NCBI GenBank assembly: GCA_036172245.1
Contig: JAYWIR010000034.1
Span: forward strand, 1,488,001-1,552,000
Direction: 5' to 3'
DNA length: 64,000 bases
DNA from: Raillietiella orientalis
Taxonomy: Eukaryota
Part shown: piece by piece, positions 13,870-25,800 of the stretch
Layout of the letters: each line of letters opens with the position of its first letter
Numbering within the stretch: position 1 is the stretch's first letter
Program-made: the position numbers and the translations under genes
The notes under the pieces: model-generated
Told to the model about the DNA's origin: nothing
Database searches by the model: none
What the model saw: only the letters and a program-made list of their open reading frames with translations

Positions 13870-16800
13870 TGGAAACGTGCTCGTCATGGCGAAACAATCG
13901 ATGATGGGCGCGCATGTGGGTGCGTGCGTCATTTTTCGTCCCAGGCACCCCCACCCCCCCACACACATGCACACTCAGCCTTCTCCAACTCCCTGTTTGT
14001 TTCCCTTCACGGTTCTTTTACCTAGAAATAGTGCGCAAGTGGCTTCGAGGACAGCTTGCAAAAGGACTAAGGGTAACAATTATCCTCCTCGTCTCCTAGC
14101 GAAGGGCAGCATGGTAGTTTCCCCCTTACCATTTGGTTTTCCTCTTTCCCGGAGGACGAAAGAGGATGAGAAGTGAGAAGGGCGAAGTCGGCTACAGCAG
14201 TCTCCAGGAAACGCCTTCCTGGAGGGGCTGCTATCGTCGCCTCCTGAGGAAAAGTCTGGAACTCTCCGCATCTGAGAATCGGCGAAGCCTCTTCCCTTCC
14301 CATCTCCCTCTTCCCTTTCGCGGTCCCTCGAACCTCTGTCTCCTCGAAGAATGTCTCCCGCTCCATTCTGCGCGCACACCTTCTCAAGGGGTTCTCCAGC
14401 TTCTGCAGAGGGAGAAAAGATGAAGTGGAGCAAGGCGAGAGGGATTGAGCTTTCCTTGTTTTTTTCGGGATTTCTCCCGGAAGGCGATGCTTCGCGCAAA
14501 ACAAGCAGGCGGTCTTTCACAACAGGAGGACAAGAAGGTGGGAGGAGTCAGGTTCCAGGACGCAGGATGGGAGAGGGGAGGGGAGTTACTCGTGCTGAGG
14601 GCGCGGACGCACACCCCAAAAAGACGACAGTCCTTTCGCTGTGACTGACAAAACAGAGAGGGAATCCCTCTTATCAGACATAGAGGAGGAGATGAAAATC
14701 TTAATCCCACCGTTATCAGCAGATCTGAGATGAGAGAACCACTGAGCAGGTGGGTAGGAGGGAGAGAGACAAGAGAAACGGAGGGGAAATGGAGGTAAAG
14801 TGCCACCGTCAGCCAGCCTCTTCCGCAGGACTCTTATAGGGAAGCTTGCCGGTCACTCCCCGGTGCAAACGGGAAAGGGCGGAGGGCTCTCTCAGCTGCC
14901 CTCCACCCGTCCGAATGCGCACACAGTAATGCACACATGAAGCCGGAGATATGGAGCAGTGGCTGGCGCCGCAAGTACGGTGCCCAGTAAGCTCGGTGCT
15001 GCTACGTGGAACTGATCGCGCGCCCCCCTTTCCTCCTCCCGTGGCGGCGCTGGCAGCCAAAAAAAAAAAAAAAAAAAACAAGTGAGAAAGGGCACCCCTT
15101 CCGCTGAATAAAGGCGTCGGTGCTGCGATCACTCCCGGCGACTGCTGCTTTCCGGCACTGGATAACGCCGGCCGCATCGTCTGATCCTAATTCTCCCCGA
15201 GACCCTCCAGTCTCACTTCCCACTCCTTCCTTTTCCTTCGTTTGCTTAGGAAACGCTCTCTGATTTGTGCTGTGGCCGCCACCGCCTCTGCCGCTTGCAG
15301 ATGGGACAGATTCCCGAGAGTTGTGCGAGACTCCTTGCGTCATCTTTACGAAAGGATGGGGGGAGGGGGAGGGGGAAGCGGGGTCAGGGGCGGATGCCGC
15401 CTCCATCTCCTTTCTCGCAAGCAGAGAGCGTGCGGCACCGCCATCTTACACTACTCTAGGGACACATTCCCGAGATATCTTGCCCACTGACCAGTCACTC
15501 GGTATTGGATCTCCCTTCCTAGACGCAGAGAACTTCGGCCATGCCTTCCTTCCTCCTCTTCCCTCCCCATGTCCTTCGTTCCCTCATGTGCTGTCATTTC
15601 CCTTCTCTTTCCCTGTTGACCACCCCCTTGAAGAGCTCTGGATTCCAGTGCACCGGGGAAAACTTCTCGATAGAACATAAGAGTGGGGAGGGAACGAAAG
15701 GACTTGCACCTCACTGCCCACATCGCGACCCCGCACAGAACCCTCTCAGATGAGCACCCCGAGACTCCAAGCCACCCGCGGCTCTATCATTGCGAGGAAC
15801 ACAGAACTTGCACCTCGCAAGGGGGGGGTAAGGAGGGCAGGGATACCAGTGGAAGGAATGTGAGAACTACTCCGGAACCGTTTGGGTCCAGCTCTTCCAG
15901 GTCACCGGCTCTCCTCGTCCCTCTCTCGTTTCCCTTCGTGGTTCTCTTCGCTCCTGGGAGAAGGGGAAGAGATTGAAGCGCAGAGTTGGTCCGCCTATTC
16001 CTGGACCTGCACGACTTCCCGGGATATGCCCGAGCAAGCGCTTTGAGGACCGTGCTATTCTGGAAGCGGCTCTCCTCTGCCGGAGAGGACTGCACAAACA
16101 TTCCATCGCTGTTGTGGGCACCAGGAAACATTACTGAGGAAGGGGAGCGCTCCAACCGTACCCGCAACTCGCCTCTTTTTCCTTCCCTTCCCCCTTTGGT
16201 GCATCAATTAGGAAGAATGCTCAAGGCGTCGGCGAAACAGGAAGAATCCTCTAGGAGTGGGGAGACGGAAGGAGATGACTGCGGGATGCAGAACGGAAGC
16301 TAGAGTGTCGGAAGTACCGCGCCTCGGGGCACGGCACATCCGGACAGCGGACCGGAGGACAACGCTTCTCGCCCCCTCCTTTCCGGAGCGGAAGGCTGCG
16401 GTTCTGGAAAGGAAGAAAAGAGAGGGGGAAGACGAAAAGAAGGGAGAAGACGTATCTTTCCCTCTCCGGGACAAAACGGAAACAGTGTGGGAGAACCGGC
16501 GATCCGGGAAGGAGCGCAGGCTGAATGCAGGTCTCCAAGGGGACGAACATCTCCCCACGAGGTTCCGCTCCTCTGCCCCTTCTCCATCCCGCCCACGCCT
16601 CCGCACGTGCCCTCCTCTTGAGTAGGCGGGAAGTGAAATCAGCCCATCAGCAGGGTGCTATCATCGCCGCGAGGACCCGCACCGCCCCTCTCAGCCCTCA
16701 CCGCATCCTCTGCAGAAGCAGCAGCCCGACGAGGATGATTTTATGTCTGGCCACTAAGAGGAACTCTGCACCTCTCCTCTCAAACTCGCACCCTTCGCGA

Positions 16801-17050
16801 GTCCAATGACAATCGTGCAGGAAGGGAGCAGGAGGGAGGCAATCTTTTTCCTTTTTGAAGAAGGGGGATTTTCTGCAGGACCAGCGGGCGTTGTGAGCAT
16901 CAGACCGACCCTCAGTAAGGTTCCTAACACATCCTGGAGGACCACTGCTACCACCCACAGCTCCCTTGCCCCTCACCTCGACGTCTTATCCGACGCCACA
17001 CACTGAATCCCATGCAGCTGTCCCTTCCGGGGGTGGTGGGCAAGGACGCG
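13870..17050 (+). mobile_element. Highly decayed LINE ORF2 fossil
   Basis: APE: WKRARHG (~13870), WSKARGIE (~14425, cf. W..SRID), RFQDAGW (~14550). RT: GQIPES..VIFTKG (~15305-15355), SISFL (~15402), ILPTDQ (~15477), FLDAENF (~15515, cf. LDxEKAF), GVRRAG (~15826). C-terminal region: SCPF (~17017). Confidence 0.55.
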
Positions 17051-17149
17051 GGATTCAGTGTATGGCGATAAGGAGCGTGTTGGGAGAAGACCCTCCGCTG
17101 AAAGGAGGAACAGAACCACAGAAAGGATACAAGAGAACTGGGAGAAGGG

Positions 17150-19020
17150 GAGTCTCCCTCTATTCCGCGCATGCACTTGCTTATTACCGCGTTTCCTCCC
17201 TCCTGATCTCGGATGCCGCGTCCCTCGTGAGCCGGTGCTCCGAAAAAAAACTTCACCTTCGGATGGCGCACACGAGAAGATGCACTTTTCGAGGAATTCA
17301 CGTCTCAAGGTCTCCTTACTTTATTCCCACCTCCAGTGGCTCTCTAAGATCTTCCTTCAGGAGGATAAAGGGACTCTCTTCTGCCTTTTTTTTCTTTTTT
17401 AATCCCCTTCTCTTCGTGTACTCCTCCTCTATTCCTGTTCCAGTCCTTCTCCTCCGTCCCTCCTGCACGGATTGCTGGGATGTGCACTTCAAAAGCTCCA
17501 ATCGGATAAAGAAGCTGTTTGCTGCTGCTCGCCCGCTGAAACCAAGAGGAAATCGTGCGTCCCTCTCCTCCTCTTTGGCCGCCACCAGCTTTTTGACTGG
17601 AACCGCACATATGTCGAGATGATTTTCCTCTCCCTCCCTCTTTCATCTTCCCTGACTTCCGTCCTCTTCCCAGGGAGGGAGGATTCTAGGCACAGCCGGC
17701 TGCACCACGCACTCAGAGGCAGAGAGAGATGAAAACGTTCTGTTCTCAGTCGAGTCCGCGCTTGGGAAAGGCAGCGGAATCCCTCCTCTTGAGTGCTTGC
17801 GTTCAGAGTAACACCACAAGGCAAGATGCACACCGACGGGAACAGAGGGAAGGAGAGCAGAAGGGATCCCTTCGAAAGAGTGGCTCGGTAGAGAAAGGAA
17901 GGACTGGAAGGAGAGAAGAGAGAATGTGAAGGAAGCTGTGGATGAGATAAAAAATGGAAATCAGTGATGATGCTCCATTCTCAGAGGACCCAGCAGACAG
18001 CATCGCTCCTTCAAGATGACAAGTGGGACGTCGGTGCCTTTGTTCGCGATGACGGGTGCGATGCCGCGTCCGCGAAGATTGCCGTTGGAAACCGAGCCAC
18101 AGAAAGGAGAAGAAAAGGGAGGAAAGCGAAAGTGAGAGCTGCGGAAGGGGGGAGGACGCAGACGCAAGTGAGGGGCAATGCGGAAGGCAATAAGATGCGG
18201 CGGACTTTAGGAAAAGGTGCGCGAGGCGGAGGGAGTCGGTGCGAAGGTTCCACCACTTCCAGTCCGCCCCTCCATGCTGGAAGCGGCTTCACCCACGGCT
18301 GCTGCCGTTTCCTCTCTCAAGTGCCTGCGCTCTCCCTTCTGGAGGCAGAGCGAGAGGACCGCTCGCTAGACGACGGAATGGAGGGTAGCCGCAGGCAAAT
18401 CGGGAAAGCACGAATGGTGCATGGGAGCGTGGCGTTGTCTTCGTGGGGTACTGCCAGATGCTTCAGACGACGCCGTTCTTGCCAACTTTATCCCTTTCTT
18501 TTCTCCCCTCCCCCTCCATCTCCCCAGCCGCGCGTCTGCGCTTCTCGCCCTTCGATCGCCTGGGGCGGCTCTTCCGGCTCCGCGCCACGAGAAAAAAAAG
18601 GAACCTAAAAAAAAAAAAAAGGAAGTAGGAAAAAAAATAAAGGCCCGCGCAGGGCGCACCCCGACTTTGTTCCCTCCCTCTTTTCCTTTCCTTTCTGATT
18701 TTCCCTCCAGCTGCTTCCTGATCACGGCAATTCCTAGGAAAGAGCCGGGGTCGCTGGCCGGCGGCGACCATCTTGTGTGATGCGAGGGGATATATTGGCA
18801 TGAAAGTTATGGGACGGGGTGAGTAATGAACCACCATGCGTTTCCCTGCCATCCTCTCAATTTCTTCCCCCCTCCCCTTCCCCCATACCCCAGGGGTTCT
18901 TGCTCCGGGATGCCGCTGAAGTTTCAGTAGGAGCTCCTCGCTGCCGCCGACCTCGGATTTCAGGCCGTCCCCAAGTCCTGGACTTCTCCCCTCTGGATCC
19001 GCGAACAGAGCAGGACTGGA
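17150..19020 (-). mobile_element. Highly decayed LINE ORF2 fossil (APE + N-terminal RT, 3' truncated)
   Basis: APE: SCSVRGS (~19010, cf. SWNVRGL), ANISP (~18795, cf. NIYAP), QRHAPM (~18430). RT: EGRTIS (~17560), FFIRLELLK (~17500), RGIRDQ (~17210). Confidence 0.5.
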
Positions 19021-20099
19021 TGTGCCCTAAGTCACCCTTAGCTCCGCCTTCGGGAGCGGGAGCAGACCGGAGATCTTCAGTGGGATAGACATCTCGCCCC
19101 ATAGAGATGCTGGACTTCCCATCCAGAGCACCTGGAGGAAAAAAGAAAAGGCAAAAAGAAAAGAACATTTTCCTCCTCTGAGCCTTCGTCGAGTCCTCCT
19201 GCTAATTCGCAAGAGTTGTTTCTCGAGTTCGCCCCTATGACCAAGGGCAGCCAAGGAAAGGAAAGGAGTCTCTTTCTGGAATACTCTTTCTCCGGCCCTC
19301 AGAGCATCCCCAGGCTTCCTGGGATGAAGCGGAAGGAGGAGCCTTCCTTTACCGAAAAACGAGCTCCCGAGCGATGCCCGTGCCTCCTTTCCTCCTTCTT
19401 TCCTCTTCCTCTTCCCTTTTCCTTGTTCAGCAAGTAAGAAGCGCGCTCGAACTGGCGGGATTTGCAGGCGGTCCCTGCATCGCTAGCACCACCGCAAGGT
19501 CCTCCACTTCCAGTCGCTCCTGCCATCTGATCTGAGGGTGAGAAAGTCACATCTCTCCACATCGACCTTCTTCCTCTGTTCCACTTTCTCCTTTCCTCTT
19601 CTCATCATCATCCGTCCCCTCTACTCGTCCTCGTCCTCTTTCCTCCTCTCCTTTAGTCGCCAAAAGTGGCGACTCTGAAGGAAGTTCGCACGCACGAAGC
19701 TCGCAGGTGCGGGTTGGATGCGTTAAAGTTGCTGTGAACTTAGCCTCGTTACCAGCGGTTGAACGAGGATGCAGACAAAGAAAACATTTTGGGATGCGGG
19801 ATGGGGACAAAAGGTAAAACATGAGGCACGGCGAGCTCCCAAGTAGAATCCTGGAGCCATATCACAGTTGATGCTTCCAGGCGTTCCCACTCGTGCAAAT
19901 TTGGGGAAAAAACGAAAACTGAAAAATAAAAAAGATGGAAAGGGCTATCCCCTCCAAAGAGGAACGGAGAGGAGGCGTGGTAGAGCCAGCTGTTCCGACT
20001 TGGTGGAAACAGAAGTCGTTGAAGAATAAGACGCTCACTGAGGCTGCTAGGATGATGTCACGACGCAAAACTCAAGACTTCCCCATCTCCCTCCGCTCC

Positions 20100-23000
20100 T
20101 CGAGCCTCGCTAACAGCGGGCCCCACTACTCTTGCTATTCCCTCGTGTCACACCAATGTGGCATCATGCACTCGCACGGCCGCTGGCTAACGCTCTCGCG
20201 CGCGCGCACTGAGGAGGAGCACGTGACTTCCGCGCACCGCTCGTTCCTTTTTGCATTGCAGAGCGCACGCGCCTTCCCGAAAGATCAGGAAACGACAGCG
20301 GCTCTCCATGTGTTGTAAAAGCGAGCTTTCGTTTCGAGGGACCAACACCAGTGTCTGCCGCGAAGTCTGCATTTTCCCTCCCCTCTCCCCAGCGGTTCTC
20401 CCCCCCGCTTCTGCAAAAGCAGGAATCGTAAACGAATGCGCTTCATCTGGAGGTCCGGAGAGCTGCCAGCCTATCGCGACGGGAAGACTCCCACGCCAGA
20501 GGTCCTTTGACAGGAGCAGGGGTTGCTGACCACTAGGTACTCTGGAGAAGGAATGCAAGGGAGGAGGCTGTGGCGCAGCACGCAGAGGGCCGAGAAGCAG
20601 CACGGACGCGGAGGAGTTTGCACACGCACAGTCGGAAGTGAAACCACGATCGAACCAGCACGAGAGGCCTTCTTTGTTTCGCTGTTGTCTTTCTGCTGGA
20701 AGACGGCCGCGAAACAGCCGCACGTTATTTATTTTGGGATCCCGGTTGCCAGGGGGACGCTGGTTATGCAGTGGTGCACCGGAGCCATCCATCACGAAGG
20801 AGTTATCTTTATTGCGGAACTCCATGCAAACTCGCATCTGCTAACCTCTCTTTCTCTCTCCATCTCCCGATTCACGACCGTGCGGATTCTTTAATGGTCG
20901 CAATAAACAATGGGGCAAGAAAACGTCGTGATGGAGGGAGTCACTACCAATTGGTCATGAGTTTGCCATCGCATCTCCTCGGCATCCTCGTCACTTAATC
21001 AATGATGTGCAGGTGCCTAACTTTGTCCACAAAGAAAGGAAGGCAGGCACCTCCGCTTTCTTTTTCCAAGGGGTGCCCTGAGAATTGTCATCACGATTTA
21101 CCTTCACAAAAGGATGCCTCTTGCCTCGCTAAAAAGGCGACAACCACAAAAAAAAAAAAAAAATAAGGAAAGAGGAAAGCTCTCCATGCCTATGAAAAAA
21201 GGAAGAGTGCAGCGTCACCTGCACTCTTCTTTGCATGTGCAGGCGCTGCAGTCTTTCTTTTTTTTTTTTTTCCATGGTCACCGTTATCAACTGGTGCTCC
21301 TGTTCTAAGATGGTGCCTCCTCCAAGACGGATGGTTCCAAGTGAAGTTGAAACAGGCATCTTTCGAAAGCCGTGGTTCGATGCGTCTCCTTCCAGAAGCA
21401 AACGGCCGTCGGGTCGGTTGGCATGGCACGTGCACATTACTTTCCTGCAGACGGAGGGAGTCGCAGCTGTCCGACCAGAATTGTCAATGTCGGCGACCGA
21501 AACCCAAGAGCACATTCCGACAGGTGAGGCTGGATGCTCTTCGAAGAATACGAAAAGCCAGCAGCATTGCTGCCTACCCGACGGTGCGTCCTCGCTCGTG
21601 TTTGGTCACCCTGAGCGCTCCACAGGTTTTACCTGGATACGCACAGCAGCCCAGAAGCCTTCCCATGGAGGCTGTGCTCATCCCGGAAAGCTGTTGTGTC
21701 CATCAAAAGATCCGTCCATGGCCGGAGAATTCCTGCCGCCGCCGTCTCTTCCCTTCCGATCTTAGGAGGTCTTCGGGGTGCGAATGCCATCGGGAGGTGC
21801 AACTGGCGCCTGGGCTGCCGACTCTTGGATTCCGGTCGCCATCGGCGCAAGAGCTCAGGGAAACTCGGGCACCGCACTTTGTTAATCCCAGTGCCGAATG
21901 CGGACGCCAGACTGCATTCCGCCAGCTCCTTAGTCTCCTCCATCCTTACCCACCCACCCGAACATTGCTTCTCCTCCGTGTCCGGGTCCTTCGTCACTCC
22001 TGCATATTGTGGCCTCTTCCTCTTGCAAGCGAACTCGTTGCAGTGATCCCGTTCTCCCTTTCGAGCGCATTGGAACATCTGCTCATCCCACCAGACCCAC
22101 TCCTTCCAGATCTTCGATTTATCTCTCAAGATCACAGCTTCCTTTCGCTCTCTTTCAAGTCACGTGGTCTCGTCGAGAGCTTTGTCGTTTGAGGAACCCG
22201 AAGAAACTTCATGGCAACCATGAAGACCAGCGGGTAGCATTCAAGATGGAGTTTTGTTGGTTTTGAAGGAGAACAAGAGGAAGAAGAAAGTGCTCAGAAT
22301 ATGGACATCAATGAGCGGTAGTGGGAATGCTTTGATGAAAAAGTCCTCTGGAGAGGTGATGGAATAGGGGGAACACAGCAATCAGAAGAACACTTCCATG
22401 CGATGAATTCTGGGCTTCAGGGGATACACGCGCACGCGCAGGGATGAAGCTGCGGTAATCCCAAGTTTGACTGCCTAGTCGCTTTCGGGGATGCAAGGAA
22501 CAGCAGAGATCGCAGCAGGAGAAGCCAAGAGCGACAAGAAAAGCGAAGCTTGTAGGGTGACGGACCATGGAAGAGGACCGTGAACCGACTCGAACCCACC
22601 ACGTGGATTCGGAAGGTAGGAAGGGATGGTGAGGGAAGAAGGGAAGCCGGCCGCAGAAGAGCAGGGAGACGGACAAACATAGGGGCGGCTTGGGGGCGCT
22701 CGAAAGTTTGAGGAGGAAAGAGGGAGAGAGCTCTTTGTCGTCATCGCACAAATGCCAAAGTTTGGAGTCTTCATTCATTCTTTTACATTGGAAGGGATCG
22801 ATCCAGTGCGACCTCTCAGGAGAGCTTGGAAACTGAGCCGGAACCGGTTCTAAGCGTCTCCAATCCTCCATAGAGCCATCCTCTCCCTATTCCTCTTCGC
22901 TCCTCACAGAATAAACTGAATGGGGAGACAGAGAAATGCACAACCCCGGTCCATGTGCAGGGTCGAAGACAGACAAGAGCCGCGGAGACAGAAAAGAGCG

Positions 23001-23700
23001 GAAAGGCTGCCCTATAACCCAGAGCGGAAAAGGGATGCAGAAAGGATCCATCAGGAAGTAGGAAAATCGGCTCTGCTCATTCTCGTTACACACGTCTTAT
23101 GGCAAACGATCCGGACCTCCTCGAACGCGGTGGTCCACACAAGCAGCATCTGCTTTATGATAGCTCCATAGCTAAGAACCGAGATCATGCAGGAATTGCT
23201 GCCCTCACGCTTGATAAATGCTCAACGGGCAGAAAAAATTCGGGGCATCCGAGCGAAGAGAGAAGCGATTCGTAAATGGGGCGGATGGATAGGTTGGAGC
23301 GAAGGTCAGCCCGTGCGCGCGCGCACCGCCGCAGCATCGTGGAGGTCGTGAAAGCCCGAGCTCCGCAGCGGACGCGCGCGCGTTCCCGGAAATCCCCGAA
23401 CGACACGGAGTAAGGGGAACCCGTCCGACATCATCGGGCCCTTCCCTCTTGAATTCTGGAACCCGCCCTTCCTCCACTCGAGGGACATCTAATAGGACGA
23501 AAATCGCGCGACAAACCCGTAACAAAGCGGTCCCGATGACTTTTTTTGGATGTGGCAGAATCTGAAGACTTGGTGTCAGGACTCAGCAATACTCCCTTTC
23601 CCTCGTCCATATTCTTCTCCGGCGTCAGCTGCGTCTTGCATCTCAGTGGTTCCTGGATTCGAAACATTATCCACAAGAGAAGACCTCGTGACTCAAAGTA
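20100..23700 (-). mobile_element. Highly decayed LINE ORF2 fossil (APE, RT, CCHC)
   Basis: APE: SFGDF (~23400), SYHK (~23160). RT: LLMDTTAF (~21700), GRQQCCWLFVFFE (~21560, cf. RQGDSLSPLLFSIFFE in the young element at ~61345-61391). C-terminal CCHC remnant CALQCKKE..HVLLLSARAR (~20200-20270). Confidence 0.55.
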
Positions 23701-24705
23701 AGATGCTAGTGAACGAGGAGTGTCCTCAGTAGCACCTCAGTAGATCCCACCCATGCATTCCACCCTCCTCGCGCTGCAGTCCCAACTCTTACCCCTAGAT
23801 TGAGAAGCCAGGGTGCCCACAAACAGCGGGAAAGCGTTCTCCTTAAGAGGGCGGTCTCCTAAGAGAAAAGGGAAGGGAAGGGTGAGTGCCCTGGTTGCTC
23901 CGCGTCATGGTTCTGGAAAGTGCCTAGGGGCACGATCCTTCCCCCTCCCTTATTTCCCCGAATCTACGCAGACCCTCTCGTGGTAAAACGGAAGGGGCAC
24001 GACATGGCTGGGAGGTCGGGGAACCACCTTAAGTCAGGATAGAGGGCATCTGGGAAGCATCCGCTAACGGCAGTCTGGATCGGGAAAAGGCCTGAGAGAT
24101 GTAAACGTTTAGCCACCTTGGATGGGCGGAGGGGGAAGGATAAACGAGAAAGCGGCATGGCTGAGCGGTCGTTCCAGGAGATGAGATGAGAAAAGAGAGC
24201 TTCGAGGCCGGACCTGACCTCATGACAACGTCCAGCACGCAATACTCCACGTTGCTGACGTTGTCACTCCTGGAACCCTTGTGGTCTCTACTTCAGAAAG
24301 CAGGGAAGCCTCCAGGCTCCCTTCCTTCGACCCCGTACCGCGTCTTCCTGAAACAGCAGCGCAAACACACTTGCCCTTGCCAACAGCAACAGACGCTGGA
24401 AGTGCAGAAGACGAAGGAGCGGAGATGACGAGGAAGCAGCTGACCGAGCAGAGCAGCCTTCCTTGAAGGGGCGGAAAGCTGTTTTCGGCTCGCTTACCCC
24501 TTCATTTTCCTCGCCCTCCTTCCCCATGGACCTCACTTTCATCCCCTCCCATTCCATCCGTAGCCCACCGCGCCGTCGGCACTTGAGCAGGAGAAGGACG
24601 AACAGCCCTTCAAGTCTCCTTTCCTGGTAGAGGGACTTTCTGAGCTTCAGCTTTGCGCAGAAGAGAGGGACCCAACAATAACAACTGACTACCCATCACG
24701 GCTAA

Positions 24706-25800
24706 GCAGATCCTGGACCCTTAGGGGGCTCTGTAACCTAACAGTTGCAAGAGGAGTGTCCGGTCGAGATCATTTGCAAGAAGCTGTTAGGAACGATCAG
24801 TCAGGGGCTTCGAGAAGCCACCGGTGCACGTGCAGGATTGGGAGGGGGGGCGACAGCGGTGAGGAAGACGCGACGAAAACCTGCGCGCGGCCGTATTTGT
24901 TCACAACATGAGCGCGGATCTGTGTGATGATGCGTTTTTCGAAGACCACTCCACTTCCGTCCTCATTATAACCTCACACTCTGCTGGTTGATTTTTCGGG
25001 AATCCCTTCTGAGCATGCGCAGTGTGGCGCGAAAAGCTTTCGGTTCGCTGAAGGTGTATAGCATTATGAAAACTTCGTGTCACCACCTGAATGGACGGGG
25101 AAGCCCGAAGACAAGGAGCATGGTCTCTTGGGAAGGATGCGGAGGTCGCAGGTGAGGGAAAGATTAAAATAACAGCATTGGGAGCATCCGAGCGGGAGGA
25201 TTGCAGAGAGGTGGAAACGAAAGGGGACCCTTGGCGGGAGCCGAAAAATTGCCTAAGCAGCTTTGACCGAGAGGACCAAGCCAAGCAGAACCAAACAGCA
25301 GCAGCAGCAGCGGGCAGACTCGTTGGAAGAGACTCCAAGAGCGCAAAGGCGGTTACCAAGACATGGCAGACGAATCCAGGCGCTCTCCCTCGACGAAACG
25401 TCTGTGCCGGATGAGATCGCGGAAGAAGATGGAAGTCACTCCTCTCACGCCCGTTGTGGACCCCTCCGGGGATGAGGCACGAGTCGAACAGTGCACAGCG
25501 CGAAGCCACCACGAAGGAGAAAGAATTCCCTAGGCATTCGCACGTACCGATGTCGGCGGCGAACATGCGAATTTCTCCGAATGAACGAAGGGACCAGGGG
25601 CCAGCAGCTACCCACGGCAAGCGGCAAAAAATCTTTCTTTTTCCCCGACCCGAGAGGAATATCCAGGCAGCAGTAGCGAGACAGAGTGCTACAAGAGCGA
25701 GCTCGGTACCTGGTCGCGGGCCTCTTTTCGAGCTCGATACTGGACACTAGGCAAGGATCAGATGCAACGACGTCGGCAAGCAGTCTCCTACTCTGGAGCG
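24706..25800 (+). mobile_element. Decayed LINE APE endonuclease and linker fragment
   Basis: A single frame reads SWTLRGLCN...DHLQEA (~24711-24785, cf. SWNxRGL...DxxxLQE). Then GGGATAVRK (~24841), LLVDF (~24981), AWSL (~25118) and DPWREPK (~25226). Confidence 0.55.
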
